From contig NC_135761.1 of assembly GCF_052425735.1 (NCBI RefSeq), positions 10,106,001-10,170,000 on the forward strand: a DNA stretch of 64,000 nucleotides, given 5' to 3'. Position 1 is the stretch's first letter. Every line of letters begins with the position of its first letter. The translations under genes were made by a program, and so were the position numbers. Shown here one piece after another: positions 1 to 13,165 of the stretch. The notes below the pieces were generated by a model. The model saw only the letters and a list, made by a program, of their open reading frames with translations. It had not been told where the DNA came from and made no database searches. This DNA comes from Oculina patagonica (lineage: Eukaryota).

Positions 1-402
1 TTTGGTTTTGGTTTTACGAAACTCAGTTAAAAACTGCTCTAAATTTCCCTTGATGTTTTTCCATTGCTCGTTATACAAACCAGGTTGTACAGCAACAAAA
101 TCTCTTATTATTATATTATGGTTGATGAGTGTTTTTATTCTCTACACTTTTTAGTTGCCAATATGTTAAGAATGTCAAGAGAGATCAACTGTTCGTCGAT
201 CCTTTAAATTAAGTCTTCTTTGCTTGTTCTTCCCTTCCCTTGTTTTTTTTATCTCCCCTTATTAATTATAAAGCCTATTTTAATCGTCCCTTTGGCACAC
301 GAAGTACTCACGTTTTAATACGAGACTCACTTCTGAACGAACAAATACGTTACGCACGCCACCTAGTAAACGGTAAACATTTAATCAGCCATCTTTTTTC
401 AG

Positions 403-3400
403 CCGTTTATTACGAAGACCCGGAATCGGAAACGGAAGAAGAGTCAACAGCAAGCGCTCCAACCGAAGCGCGCAAGCGCAGAGATATCGACATTCCCGTG
501 GCCTGCAGAGCGGGAAATGGACGAATGAAACGATCGTGTGTTATTATTCCCCCTCCTCCACCAAAGCCGACAACCCCATCAAAACAGCAGTATGGTACTA
601 AACCTTCCAACGTCGACTTCCAAGGCAACACTTTCAACTCCAATGATACAGAGCACTACTTGATGCGTGTGTTTTCGTCAAACTGTTTATTCTGGGATGA
701 GGAAAACGAGAATTGGATTAACAAAGGATGCAAGGTAAGTGTGTTGGGACTGAATGCCTTATTGTTACTTATTATTGCGGGACTTAATTTTTGCCAATTT
801 TCAAAAACAAAAAACGCGAAATTAACATTAAAGACCCGCGAAAATTCATTTTAAACGTTTTTTTACTGTATTTTTATGTTTATACCCGTTTCATTTTTTT
901 CGCGAAATAAAGTTCCCGCGAAAATAAGTAGCAATAAGGAAACTAACTGAATAGCTAACGTTGAAATTAGGGGGAGGGCAAAATCTAATGGATCGGAATA
1001 ACACATCGTCCCTTAAGTTAAGCTTAAGTTAAGCATGAATTGCTCCTTTATTGGCATCCAGGTGAAAGTGACTATGATATGTTTCGTCTTCCCTGTTGTT
1101 TTGCCACAGTTCACTTTCATGGTCCAAATAAGTTAATTATAGCTTCTTCTTTTTTGTCTTTGTTTTTTTTTATTGTTAAAATAATGGGCTTATTAGCATT
1201 TACAAATTGTATGTTACAGTTATGTTTCCCATGAAACTGATTCTGAGGGTCATAGCTTTCACAGCTATTTTTCCAAGTGCAACTTTTCTGTCATTTATGA
1301 AACAAGTAGTATTGTGACAGTGCACACACACTAGGCCTTTATCCACAATTTTAAAAGAGCTATGACTTGATATTTCAAGTCTTTTTTTACTTATGTACAA
1401 AATTACTTTCAAACTGAAGGACAACTCACGACAATTGTTTGCTTAGGTTGGAAAAACACCAAAGAAGTATTAAGAAACCGCAACTAAACAAGGATAGTTA
1501 AGGCTTAGAAAGGTTTTTTTTTTTCGCTCGTTCGATCGTGGCTTCGCCACTCTTTGTCGCCGCAAAAAACCCTCTGGCATCCAGGGTAAAAGCATAGTGT
1601 ACGAACGACGAAAAAAATGAAAAAAAATTAAATTGGCCATTTTTTTTAAGTCGCGCCGTCTGTGACATAGCTCCCTTAACGGTGGATCTACATAATCTCG
1701 GTTGAGGTTTCACTCCAGTACAAGGACTAAGTGTTATGTATTTCTTTAATCCATAGGTGGGAGAGAACACTAATCCCGATCTTATTCACTGCAAATGCAA
1801 TCATTTGACATCATTCGCGAGTGACTTTCTGGTGGCGCCGAATCCAATCGACTTTGACAAAGTGTTTTCTGCTGACCTCAGCAAGAACTTTGTGGTGCTG
1901 TTAGTGGTGTGTCTTATATTTGGATTGTACTTGCTTCTCGTTGTAATCGCTCGGCGATTTGACAATAAAGACCTTGATAAGGTAAGAGATATTAGGTCTA
2001 TCCAGAGATAATGTGCCACTTGATATCATTCCGGATACGATTATAGCATTGCTCCATCTAGTGGTCCAAACAAACGGTCACGTGGTCCAATTTCCGCCAT
2101 ACTGGATGGCAAGGTACACAATGGGACATCCGAAACAAAGGAATGCCAAGCTTGACTGATTGAAGTGTGCCATGTCACTTTTTCCTGCAAAAGGCCCATT
2201 CAAACCAAGAGTCGACCATAATGTGCCTTTTAGTAGCTGCCACAGATTTTTTGAAGACAAAAAATAGATCAGATTGGCGAGCAAGGATGGCGCAGTGATG
2301 AGAGCGCTCGTCTCCCACCAATGTGGCCCGGGTTCGATTCCTGGACCCGGCGTCATATGTGTGTTGAGTTGGTTCTCGTCCTCACTTCGATGGTTTTTCT
2401 CCTGGATCCCCGGTTTTCCTCCCTCCTAAAAAACCAACACTGTCAAATTCCAGTTCGACCTGGACAGAGCTAGACCCGCATGAAAACAGTTCGAGCTGAT
2501 GTGGCTTCTTCTCTAAATACAGTAATTTATTTTATCATGTTCCTCACACCCGTGAAACTCGGCCACAAACATTTTTCAGTCGACGTTTAATTTGGAATTG
2601 GCAATGTCCGTTGCAGTCGAATAATTCGCCTTAAATCAGTTTATATCCTATTGTTATCGTAATTATCACTGTTCTACGTTTAAATTGCTTACTAAAAGAG
2701 ACCAGTGTAATAGCAGGATGATTTATTTTTTAAATGTAATTTCTTTTAATTAACATTGCAGCTTGGAGCAACGGCAGTACGAAACAGTTCTGAGGCTACC
2801 TTTCCGTATCTGATAAGTGTCCACACTGGTGTGAGGCAAAACGCAGGGACCACAAGCAGCGTGTATATAGTGCTCTCCGGTGATGAGTGGGAAAGCACCC
2901 CGATGCCCCTGGTGGACCATGACCGGAAAGTGTTTCAGAGAGGCCAGGAAAACAATTTCGTCGTTAGCCTTCCCAGATCACTGGGCAACCTTACCCATAT
3001 AAGGATTTGGCATGACAATTATGGTACGATTTTGTTCTGCTCTTATCAGGCTAAGTCATAGGTCATTTTGTTTGTATTGTATTAGTTAGTGAGCCAGATT
3101 TTTAGATCGAAAGGTCTGGTTCTGAACCTGGCCGTTATCGTTGGGTTTTGTAATGCACCTATAAATGTTAGGGGGGGGGGGGGAGGAGGCCGGGTATAGG
3201 TAGGGGATTTGACAGCAATTGTTTGCCCGTAGTGGGTACTTTTGACCGTTTTAATGGACTTTCTTACAACATTTTATTGAAGTTTAGTGACTCTTTTGAA
3301 CATCCACGAATGCCCTGGGATTGGGCATATGAACAGAAAGTCTCAGCTAAGTTCAAATGCCCGGCCTATGCCCGGCCTCCTCCCCCCCCCCCCTCCCCCC

Positions 3401-6400
3401 TCCAGCGGCTTAACATTGATAGGTGCATAAACTAGAAGAGACCCTAAACTCGAGGATCATGTTGTAAAAAGGGGATTGAATCTCTTCCTCAGGTTAAATG
3501 ATCTATATAACACGAGGTAAAACTGATTTAACTAAGGGTTAAACAGCTGGTTAAATTTAATCCACTTCGCGATGTAAGTAACTCCTAACGTCGGGATGAG
3601 CGAGGGAAAATTGAAACAAAATAACAAACTTGTTTTATTCCGTGTACAGCGAAGGCAAAAAAGGTCGTGAAAGTTTTTGATTTCCTCGAAATTATGTTAA
3701 AATAGTTGACTATACGTATAGGAACTACTTGCTCGATACTAATTTAGAATTTCAATTCAAATTATTTTTATTTTGGTTTGTTACACTATTGGTTAACTTG
3801 TTTGCAGAGTAAAATGTGTCTAGTTCTAAGGCGTTATCGGATCAAGGGAGTCTGGACTCTATCGCTTCACGCGGTCATCGAAACACATATGGCACTGCCT
3901 GGACACTAGGCCTTGGCTTAAAGGGGCTTTGTCATGAATTTTAACAGATTTTTGAACAGACAAAATTTATATTTGTGTCGTAGGAAACCTAAAACTAATG
4001 GTTCAGTTTTATTGAAAATTGCTATATTAAAGCACTGAAACTGTTAACGAGTGTCTTTGGTTGTGGATGGCTCGGATGAAAATGGATTGCAACTTGAAAA
4101 ATTAAGGCTTGGCTTTTCAAGTTGTTTCCACATATCTTCAAAAAAATAGATTTTTAGAGCGCTGTGGCTTGATTTCTATCCACAAATTAAGGATATATCT
4201 TCCATTAGATGCTCAAAGATAATGTTTTTATGGGGTAAACTGCCTACCACTAATTTCAGAATAGTTTAGACAAAAAAAAATCTGTGAAATCAAAGGAAAC
4301 ATTTCTTCTCATTTAATGATTTTTCCATTTACAGGAAGTAACGCCTCTTGGTACCTTAGCCGCGTTTCCGTTGACGACCTGCGCACAGAAGAGCGGTGGT
4401 ATTTCATCTGTGAGCGCTGGTTGGCTGTGGAAGAGGATGATGGGAAAGTGGAGCGAATACTTCCGGTTGCAAGCGAGCAAGAGCTGACGCATTTCCAGCA
4501 TTTGTTCGTGAGCAAGACCGTGCGGGAGCTGGGAGATGGCCATTTGTGGTTTTCGGTGGTGACGCGTCCCGCGAACAGCCCGTTCACTCGAGTTCAACGT
4601 GTCTCGTGTTGTTTATCATTGCTGTGCTGCACGATGATCACAAACTGCATGTTTTATAATGTGGGAGGGGGAGATGAAAAGACGACCATGATTCAAATTG
4701 GATCCTATGAATTCGATCTGAAAGTATTCATCATTGGAATCCAATCGAGTTTAATTGTATTCCCGGTAAACTTTGCATTGGTTACAATTTTCCGAAACGT
4801 GCGTCCGAAAGAAACCAAACGGGAGCGAAACATAGAGACAACAGAGAAGCAAGACGAAGATTTTGCAGACATCAGCAGATGTTCTTCCGTTGAAGAGCTT
4901 CAAAATGCCTCCAGCAAAGAACAGATAATCAAAAAGAGTGAAGACAACGAAAAGAAAGAACCTAGCACCAAGAAAAAGAAAAAGAAAGGTCTGCCACATT
5001 GGCTTGTTTACGTGGCTTGGGTTCTCTGTTTCCTGGCCTCTGTTACTTCAGCAGTGTTCACAGTCTTTTACAGCTTATCATGGGGTCCCGAGATCGCAAA
5101 TAAGTGGCTTATTGCCTTTGTGACGTCATTCTTCCAGTCAATACTGATAATACAACCCCTGAAGGTGGTACTAGCTGCTCTACTGTTTGCGATAATTATC
5201 AAAAAGCCAATGGACGCCGCGGAGGATACTTCGGACAAGAAAGAACTTAAAGCAAGCCCTGACGATAAGGAGACTGGGGACGACATTATTCTTGACTATG
5301 ATGAGAACGACGAAAGATACAGGTATGATAAAAATGTTTTGAGGTCCACAACAACAATGCTTGATTTTGTGCGCGTAAATAAATGGAAAGGTTAAAGGAA
5401 CCATGTCACTAATTTTATCCAAACTTAGGCATAGGAAATGACCATCATTCAAATTTGTTTAGATATATAAAATAACCTCCTAAAAAAGTGAAGGAATATT
5501 TAACTAACACACCAAATGCGAAAAAGGAACAGATGGCCAAAAGTGACGAAAATTGAAACGGATTGCGATATGGGTTTTTGAAATATGGTCCGGCGAAACA
5601 GTTTTTCAAAGTTAAACTCGTTTGCTTGTAACTTTAAATTATAATGCCCAGGAGTCACATTTGGCTGCAATGAAGCTATGGTTTTGTCATTTAGAATCAT
5701 AGAATTAATTTCTTTGCAAACTTTTAGTTTCATGCCGAATGTTTGGCAAAATTTAATAACATAAAATTAACTTCGCTGGGACACAGTCCTTTTAATTAGT
5801 GCACCCCGCAAATGGTTTAGACCAAGAAGAGTATTTGCCTCATTTGTGAAGGCGTTTGTTTTACCATTTCTTTTATCAAATCATGTTTACTGCTTACTTC
5901 GTCGTTTTTTAATGTGTTTGTTGCCATTTTGTTTGCCTTGTTTATCGTGAATTTTCTTTCTCTTCAATTTTTGCAGTATTGTGTAACATTTTTTTTTTCA
6001 TTTCGTCGCCAAGATCGCGAATATTTTGTTTAGGACTGGCATAAATCCAATTTGAAGCTTACGATTTACGAACTGCTGCACAAATCTGATTGGCTAGAAA
6101 TCGAAAATAAGGTGCATTCTGCGCATGCTCAATACATTGGAACCGGCCAGATGTTGTACCCTTGAAAATAGTGTAATTGTAGTCAGGGGATGACATAGTT
6201 TGTTAAAGGTTTGTCGCTGACTGTGTTTTTGATGATATTTTCCAAGACGTTTCGGCTATTGCTTAAGCCTTCATCAGTTAAAAAATCAAAGCTTTCACAC
6301 GCGATTTAAAAAAGCAACACGTTAACGCGCGCTTTAAAAATAACGTGTAAAAGTTTGAAACAAAAGAACGTGGCGCGAAACTCATGCGCGTGACAAGGAT

Positions 6401-9400
6401 GTTGTACCCCTTGGTACTGATTAAAGAATCGCGGCCTCTCTGAGGAGAATGCATTTTTCTTCATAGTCTGTCTTTATCGTGTTTTAGTCACTATTTTGAC
6501 CATGTTTGTCTTGTATTATTTGTGACGGTTTTTTGTTTATTGTTTCAATTCTCCAGGCCCCCAGATGACGATTTTCTGAAAAGCGCTCGAACATTGCGAC
6601 TGAAAGAAGTGCGCATGTCTGAAATCCTGAAAGAAATTTGCACGTATTTTATATTCCTGATGCTGCTCCTACTGGTTGCCTATGGCAACAGGGACCCCAA
6701 TATGTACCTGTTGAGGAAGACCCTCCACGAATCATTTGTAGACCAGGATCCAATCAGTATGGACCTTGGTGATGTATGTATATTATGTCTTCGCTATTAG
6801 ATACAACGGGTGGCGCGGTGGCCTAACGACTTGCGCGCTGGACTCCGAATCGAGCGGTCAGGTTTCGAGCCCTGGCCAGGACACTGCTTTGTAGCTCTTT
6901 GTGTTCTTAAGCAACACACTTAACTCTCTTTACCCAAGTTTATAAATGGGTACCGGCAAACCTGTCGCTGGGGTTTACCCTGCGATGGACTTGCATCCCC
7001 TCCAGGGGGGAGTAGAAATACTCCTAGTCACTTCATGCTACGGAAACCGGGATAAGCTCCGGCCTGATGGGCCACTAGGCTCGTATGCAGACTTTACCTT
7101 ACCTTTTACAGATTCAACACTGACAAGACTTGCATCAACTTAAATCGTACTGTTTCTGTCCCTTGTCATACTGTTCTCTCGTAGTTATCCTTTTCATCAG
7201 TGCTTTAAGAACTTGTTCATGATAAAATTTACAAGTATGCACTTCGAAGGCGGGGCTTGGGGTGAAATTGGTTAGTGTGATGTTAATATGCATAAGATCT
7301 ATTGCAACTAACAAAAACCTGAGATAATGAACTTAGTAGCAATTAATAAAACAGCGACTTAAAATGAAGGAGTAAGCTGTTATCGCTGGGTAAATAAGTA
7401 AAATAAACCAATAGTTTCTGATTTATAACTTTATATTCTCTAGGCAACCGATGTGGACCTATTCTGGCACTGGGGCCGAGAAACACTCGTACCGAACTTA
7501 TATCCAGGCGTGTTGTACAACAACAAATCAGACAAATATACCGGGTTCATCTCTGACAGAAACAACTACCTTGTTGGGATTTCCAGGCTTAGACAAGCGC
7601 GCGTAGAAAAAGGTGGGGGTTTTTATTTATTCTTCTAGATAATCATTTATATTACGTTTATCTTGTCAACAAACTTTTCTAATTGGAGTTCCGGGGGTGG
7701 ACTTAGTCCCACTACTTGCTGTTGTTGATAGAGGAAAAAACAGTTTACCAGTTGTGTTTAAAATGGCCTTTAGTACCAGTAGCGGCCAAATGAATGGTTC
7801 TGTCAATTCTTCTAGTATATAGGCAGCGCACAAGTGTTCCGACTTTCTAAGAATTAAAAAAAAAAAACAGATCACCAGTACATTGGTAAGATGGCAATAA
7901 TATTAAACACTGCAGAATTTTCATAAGCACTTGTTTTTATTTCGACGAAGGATTTTGGACGAAAGCAAACTGAAATCTTAGGGTTCGCGCTTTCCTGGTT
8001 CCTACTAAACTCTGAGGTGATTAATACAGGGCAAATATAAGTTTTTCTCGAAGTAATTAATTTGGTAGAAAATTAAGGTCTCAATCTGTCGTTTTTTCTT
8101 TTCTTTAATTTCACAGATTCTTGTAAGATCCCCGAAGAATTCCAAAGCCACTTTAACGATTGCTATGCTGAGTATTCTTTTATGGACGAAGAAACGGGAG
8201 ACTACGACATAGGATGGAAATACCTGAACAAAAGTACAACAAACTCTCGTCGCAGGAGAAGTGTTGAAGAGCAGTTTGCCTTCCGTAATAAAGGAGACAA
8301 ATACCTCAAAAACTTCGGCGATTCCTCCCGGATTCGTTCCCGTCGTGCAATTGAACCCGTGTACACCTCTACTTCCGGTCGTCAACAGAGAAAAAAGAAG
8401 AGGCCTGGCAACACAGCCAAAAATTATTATGTGTTAAATTCCGCCATTCTCCCCGATGGCTCGATCATTTCCTGTCCCTCCCGCTGGCTGCATAACAGCG
8501 CACTAGATCTCAAAGGGTACCCCTTCTGGGGGAAAATGACTCTTTACAGCGGAGGTGGTTACCCTGCGGAACTGGGATACGACTATCCCACGGCACTTAC
8601 AGTCATCGCCGATCTGCACTCCCATAGCTGGGTTGATCCGCAAACGCGCTCGGTGTTCGTCGAATTCACGGTGTACAATGCCAACACCAACTTATTTGGC
8701 ATCGCGTTTCTGTTCGTGGAATTCTTGCCGATGGGTGGAGCTTTCCCCTATGCCCATTTTGTCATTTCCAGGGTGTACAGCTATGTTGGGCCTTTTGCCA
8801 ATTTCATCCTGGCCTGCCAAATATTTTTGATCCTATTTATGCTCTATTTCATGTATCGCGAGGGAAAAGCCATCTATAAGCAACGCAAGGCCTACTTTCA
8901 CGGGTTCTTCAACTGGATGGAGATTGTTATGATCGTTTGTGAGTTTGCCATGGTAATTCTGTTCCTTGGGCGTCTCTGGGAAGTGGACAAGAACTTAATA
9001 GAGTTGCATCACAACCCTAAGGACTTTGTTAGTTTCCAGTACGCCGGAGCAGCGGATGAATCGTTGAGTTTCATCATGGGGATTCTAGTGTTCCTTGTAA
9101 CTCTCCGCTTCCTAAAGCTGTTCAGATTCAACAAGCGCATGTCCCTGCTGGGATCTACAATCGGAGAATGCGCCAAGCCCCTTGGATCGTTCTTTATCAG
9201 TTTCATGATCGTCTTCTTGGCGTACGCTATTATGGCTTTCCTGGTTTTCGGGATCGACAACGACAGGTATAAAAATTTTCTCAGCACGTTTGAAACTCAA
9301 ACAGCCATCCTTCTGGGAGATTTCGACTACGACGAGCTCCGGCGGACAAATCGCTTTCTGGGTCCAATCTACTTCTTCACCTTCATGTACTTCAGCGTCT

Positions 9401-9849
9401 TCTACCTGTTGAACATGTTCATGGCTATCATAAACGACACCTTCTCAGAGGTAAAGGCCTCGATTGACAAGCAACACAACGAGTACGAAATGGTGGAATT
9501 CATCTTGTCCAGATTTAAAGAAAACCTAGGGCTCAACCGTAATCGTGTTGGGACAAGCAAAAGCCCGTTTAAGAATCCTTCGTCGGGATTTCCTTCATCT
9601 CCACCGTTCTTGCCGTCCGACTACAAGCATCGGGATGGAGATGATCTCTCAGAATGCAGTCAGCTCACAGTCGAGGACAAACCACCTCCAGTCACTACAC
9701 ATAACGTCCTTCGCAAGCTGTCAGCGTTAAACAAGCAAATAGATGAGTTGACGACGTTCGTCGAGAAAAACGACAAAGAGGAAGCCGACAGTGACAAGAA
9801 GCTATACGACATCATTAACAACATGAACGACGACCAGGTGACTAACTGA
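403..9849 (+). CDS. Polycystin-1-like (PKD1L2/PKD1-family) 11-TM receptor-channel; 5'-partial (upstream exons lie outside the window)
   Basis: Phase-consistent GT-AG exons: 403-734, 1757-1981, 2762-3023, 4335-5322, 6557-6773, 7444-7612, 8117-9849 (TGA). GPS motif CLFWDE..W..KGC..CKCNHL/TSF, TM1, PLAT/LH2 domain (YLISVHTG..AGTTS..FQRGQENNF..IRIWHDNYG..WYL..WYFICERWLAVEEDDG), HLWFSV..FTRVQRVSCC, TOP domain (YSGGGY, WVDPQTRSVFVEFTVYNAN), six-TM channel and C-terminal coiled coil. Confidence 0.95.
2276..2520 (+). mobile_element. tRNA-derived SINE
   Basis: A-box TGGCGCAGTGATG and B-box GGTTCGATTCC followed by a non-tRNA body. Confidence 0.75.
3151..3429. mobile_element. MITE with G/C-run subterminal repeats
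   Basis: TAATGCACCTATAAATGTTA ... TAACATTGATAGGTGCATA; CCGGGTATAGG / CCTATGCCCGG inner inverted repeat. Confidence 0.65.
6162..6397 (-). mobile_element. Short Penelope-like insertion flanked by a direct repeat
   Basis: GATGTTGTACCC at 6150-6161 and 6398-6409 brackets the hammerhead-containing segment. Confidence 0.55.
6240..6283 (-). ncRNA. Minimal type I hammerhead ribozyme motif (Penelope-like LTR remnant)
   Basis: Minus strand: UUUUAA CUGAUGA A GGCU(uaagcaau)AGCC GAAA C GUC UUGGAA. Canonical core, stems I and II pair, palindromic ACGU stem III. Confidence 0.75.
6808..7108 (+). mobile_element. tRNA-derived SINE; related copies at about 18369-18647(-), 26367-26657(-), 43620-43820(-), 46950-47125(-), 54870-55080(+), 58340-58470(-), 61881-62300(+)
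   Basis: GGCGCGGTGGCCTAA A-box, GTTTCGAGCCC B-box, shared core ATGGGTACCGGCAAA..CCTGCGATGGACT.GCATCCC.TCCAGGGGG.GTAG, tail ACTTTACCTTACCTTT. Confidence 0.8.
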
Positions 9850-9870
9850 TAACTGACTTACTGACTTAAA

Positions 9871-10440
9871 GGAGGCGGCGTGGCCTAGTGACCAGGGCGC
9901 TGGACTTGTAATCCGAACTGAGTCTTGGGTGCAAATCCTCCTCCCTGCCACTGGATAAATTTGAATTCTGTGGTCTTAAAGGGGCTATGTCACGGTATTT
10001 TCAGGTTTACGCAATTTTATTTATTTCTCTAAACCTCAAATTGGCAGAGCAATAGTCCATTTTTATTGGCAAAATCACGCTTGCATAACAAACAAGAATA
10101 ATTTTCGAGCATTTGTAAATGGCACTTTCATACAAATTGAGATTGACTCAATATGAAAAAGTCGGGCCGGCGTTTTTCAAAGTTAACCCGAACGCAATCC
10201 GTTTTAATCTTCTCGAATCTTACCCATCCATGCCCCTTTTCGAACTCTCTTTGTTTCTTTTGAGTTATTCTACAGTTTTAAGCCGACATTGTCATATTTG
10301 AGCTAATTCTGCGACCAGTTGATCAGTGTCGAAATTGCCTAAAATTGCGTGACGTAGCCCCTTTAAATTCAACTCCTCCACGCTTGTCGATAGCCAACTG
10401 GTCAGCCTCCTGCCAGTTGGATTCTTAACGTTAACTGTGT
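9871..10440 (+). mobile_element. tRNA-derived SINE just after the PKD stop codon, interrupted by a TTAA-targeting MITE
   Basis: SINE head GGAGGCGGCGTGGCCTAGTG at 9871; the body resumes after 10366. Confidence 0.65.
9980..10362. mobile_element. TTAA-TSD MITE (Kolobok/piggyBac-type); relatives at about 3922-4290, 5396-5791, 11652-12190, 36882-37265
   Basis: TTAA|AGGGGCTATGTCACG ... CGTGACGTAGCCCCT|TTAA. Confidence 0.8.
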
Positions 10441-11923
10441 CATGTTTGCTTGTTTATTATTTGTTTCTTATACACGGCCACACTAGACTGTTCACAGCCC
10501 TCTATTTTTTCGTATTTTTTTGATCAAATTAGCGCGGGGAAAGAACGGCGAGAGAACTGGACGCGAGCACAAAACGGGAGGCGCGAGGGGAAAAATAGAG
10601 GCTGTGGACAGTCTAGGCCACACAAGCTTTTAGCTTTACTGCGCTTTTCAGTGACACAGAAACTCCGAAGCTGAAAACTCTGCTAACGTTTCTTCTCTGC
10701 CTTCAATCACTTTTACATCTGTAACTTAATAATGACAATCAACGACAGTTAAAAAATGAAACAAACAAATGGATCGAAATCTACCAATCACAACCAATGC
10801 ACGTGACAATTTGAACCCGTTGAAGTGAGCTGCTAAGAGGTCCATTAGAAGAAAAACGCAACAGTTCACATGTTATTTAAAAACCCCGCTGTAAACACAA
10901 CGGTGTAAAGAATAAAATGAATTACTTTCTTTTTAGGTTGAAATACGACGTAGCTCCATCATTAAGGCTGAAACAAGGCCAAGGTCGAACACTTGGCGCT
11001 AAAGAAACTCTTTCCGACTTTTTGCATACGTAATCACTTATCTGTAACTATTAATTTTAAAAAAAGTTAGGTTTTTGTGTTCTAAGAGAATTCGTAAAAA
11101 ATAATAGGACGCTTTATTGCTCGGGAGCGGCAGAATGTATACAACCTTGTAACCAGTTTCTCTCCCGTCTTTTTAGGACTCTATGACGCTGGAAACAAAG
11201 TTGTAAGATTAGACCCCTGGGTATAGAGCGCATGCGTTGTGGCTCAGGTGCAGTTTTGGGCATGTACTAAAACCCGAAACGGCGAAACAAAACGAAACCA
11301 CGGAAACAAGCGAAACCCATTACCATTATTGAGAGTTATCCATAAACAGGCTAACCTAAGCGTTATATAGGCTAACCGGAGTGCTATTCAGGCTAACCGG
11401 AGTGCTTCCGTTTCGTTTCGGTGATTACGCCTCTTTTCGTTTCGGGTTTTAGTACAAGCTGCAGTTTTGTAGGTGTTTTGCGTAGTTTTGACTTTTCTCC
11501 TAGCTCGATAGCTCTAAAGAAAACGTTATCTCGGCTGTATATTACCAGGGCATTAAAGAAGCCTAGTCAGCGATGACGCACCATTGAAAAATTTATCCTA
11601 ACTTTTTCAAGTTCGCGCGGTTCGTAATCCATCTCGATTTTACAATCTAAAAGGGGCTATGTCACGGTATTTTAGGGTGATTCTGTTTATTTTCGTTAAT
11701 TACGAGCTCTAAACTTCAAATCGGCAGTGAAACAGTCTTTCATTGGCAAAATCATGGCCATAAAATTAAACAAACGAGGATGATTTCCGAGCATTATCAA
11801 TGAGATATTCCTACAAACTGAGATGACCTTGAAAAACGTCGGGGAAAATTTTTTAATTTTTGGCCAAATGTATTTTTTTTTAAGTTTTTTCAATTTTTTC
11901 CATCCTTTTCCCTTTTCTTTTTT

Positions 11924-11960
<37 letters not shown>

Positions 11961-12753
11961 TTTTTTTTTTTTTTTTAATGGGAAAAACCCCCCCCCCCCC
12001 CGCCGATCGGCCAGAAGGTTAAGGTTAAGGCGGGAAAACAGGGAAGGCGGCATCAGACCCACAACGCCAAGCGAACCATGCACGTCAGTCCCACAACGCC
12101 TAGCGAACCGTGCAGGACTAAGAAGAAGGGCGCCTGTGAACGAGGCAGAAGTCAGAAATTGCTTAAAATTGCTGTGACCGAGCTCGTTTAAAAATAATTT
12201 TTAGTATTTTCAACCGTGGTACGCTATCATTTCGAGCTATTTCTTTGAGATTTCCTTCGATTTTATGGTCTTTTTGTACGTTTCCATAAGTAAAAATATT
12301 AACAGGTCACAGAAACATTAAAGTATATAAGCACTTTTCATTATCACAGGAAAACTAATTTTAAAACCTAGAAATTCTTGCTACTAGTCTGTATATATAT
12401 TCTATATAATACGGGTTGAAAGAAGTTGATTGCAAATCAATACAATTTTCTGCTTGAATTTCAGTTTAGTTTGTAGTTGTATTTTATAGAGAAATTAGCT
12501 ACCCAGCGTAAAAGGTAGTTTTCGCAACCACAATACCAATAAATAAACGTATGTAACCAAGATGTTTGAACGTTGGTTTATTACTTGAAGATAGAACAAG
12601 TTACCCTTATTTATTCATTTATATAAAAAAGACATGGCATAATATATTTCTTCCTTACATCAAGCAGTGATGATAATTGTGCTTCCCATTGCACTTCCTC
12701 TTCATGCTTAAATTGCTTAATATTAAATATTGAGCAATTTTTATTGTAGAGTG

Positions 12754-13165
12754 AGGGCCTGTTTATATGGAGAGAAGCTGTCCCTGGCATGGGGGTTACA
12801 CACCGGTACCGCACTGAGCCATCTTTGAACAAGCGTTTATATGAGAAAAGTTGTTTTGTCAACTGAGCCAAAATTTGGCCCTCACGGTTTGACGCATGCT
12901 CTGTATGGCCAGACTTGTCCCTGGTAGGTGAGTCGAAAAGAGCCAAAGTGTTTACATGGGAAAACTTTGGCTCGCTCTCAAGGGTCACCCTACCTAAAAG
13001 TGACGGAGTGACCCTCTACCCAGGGTCACCCTGTCCCACAAGCCAACTTTATGATTTTTCATATAAATGGCTCACAGCAATTTATAAAGAGTTGTATGAA
13101 AAGCTCTCTTGCTCCAAGAGGGTAACCCTCCTGCCAGGAACACCTTTTCTCCATAAACAGGCCCT
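12754..13165. mobile_element. MITE; relative at about 35298-35670
   Basis: AGGGCCTGTTTATATGGAGAG ... CTCCATAAACAGGCCCT; internal sequence shared with 35298-35670. Confidence 0.7.
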
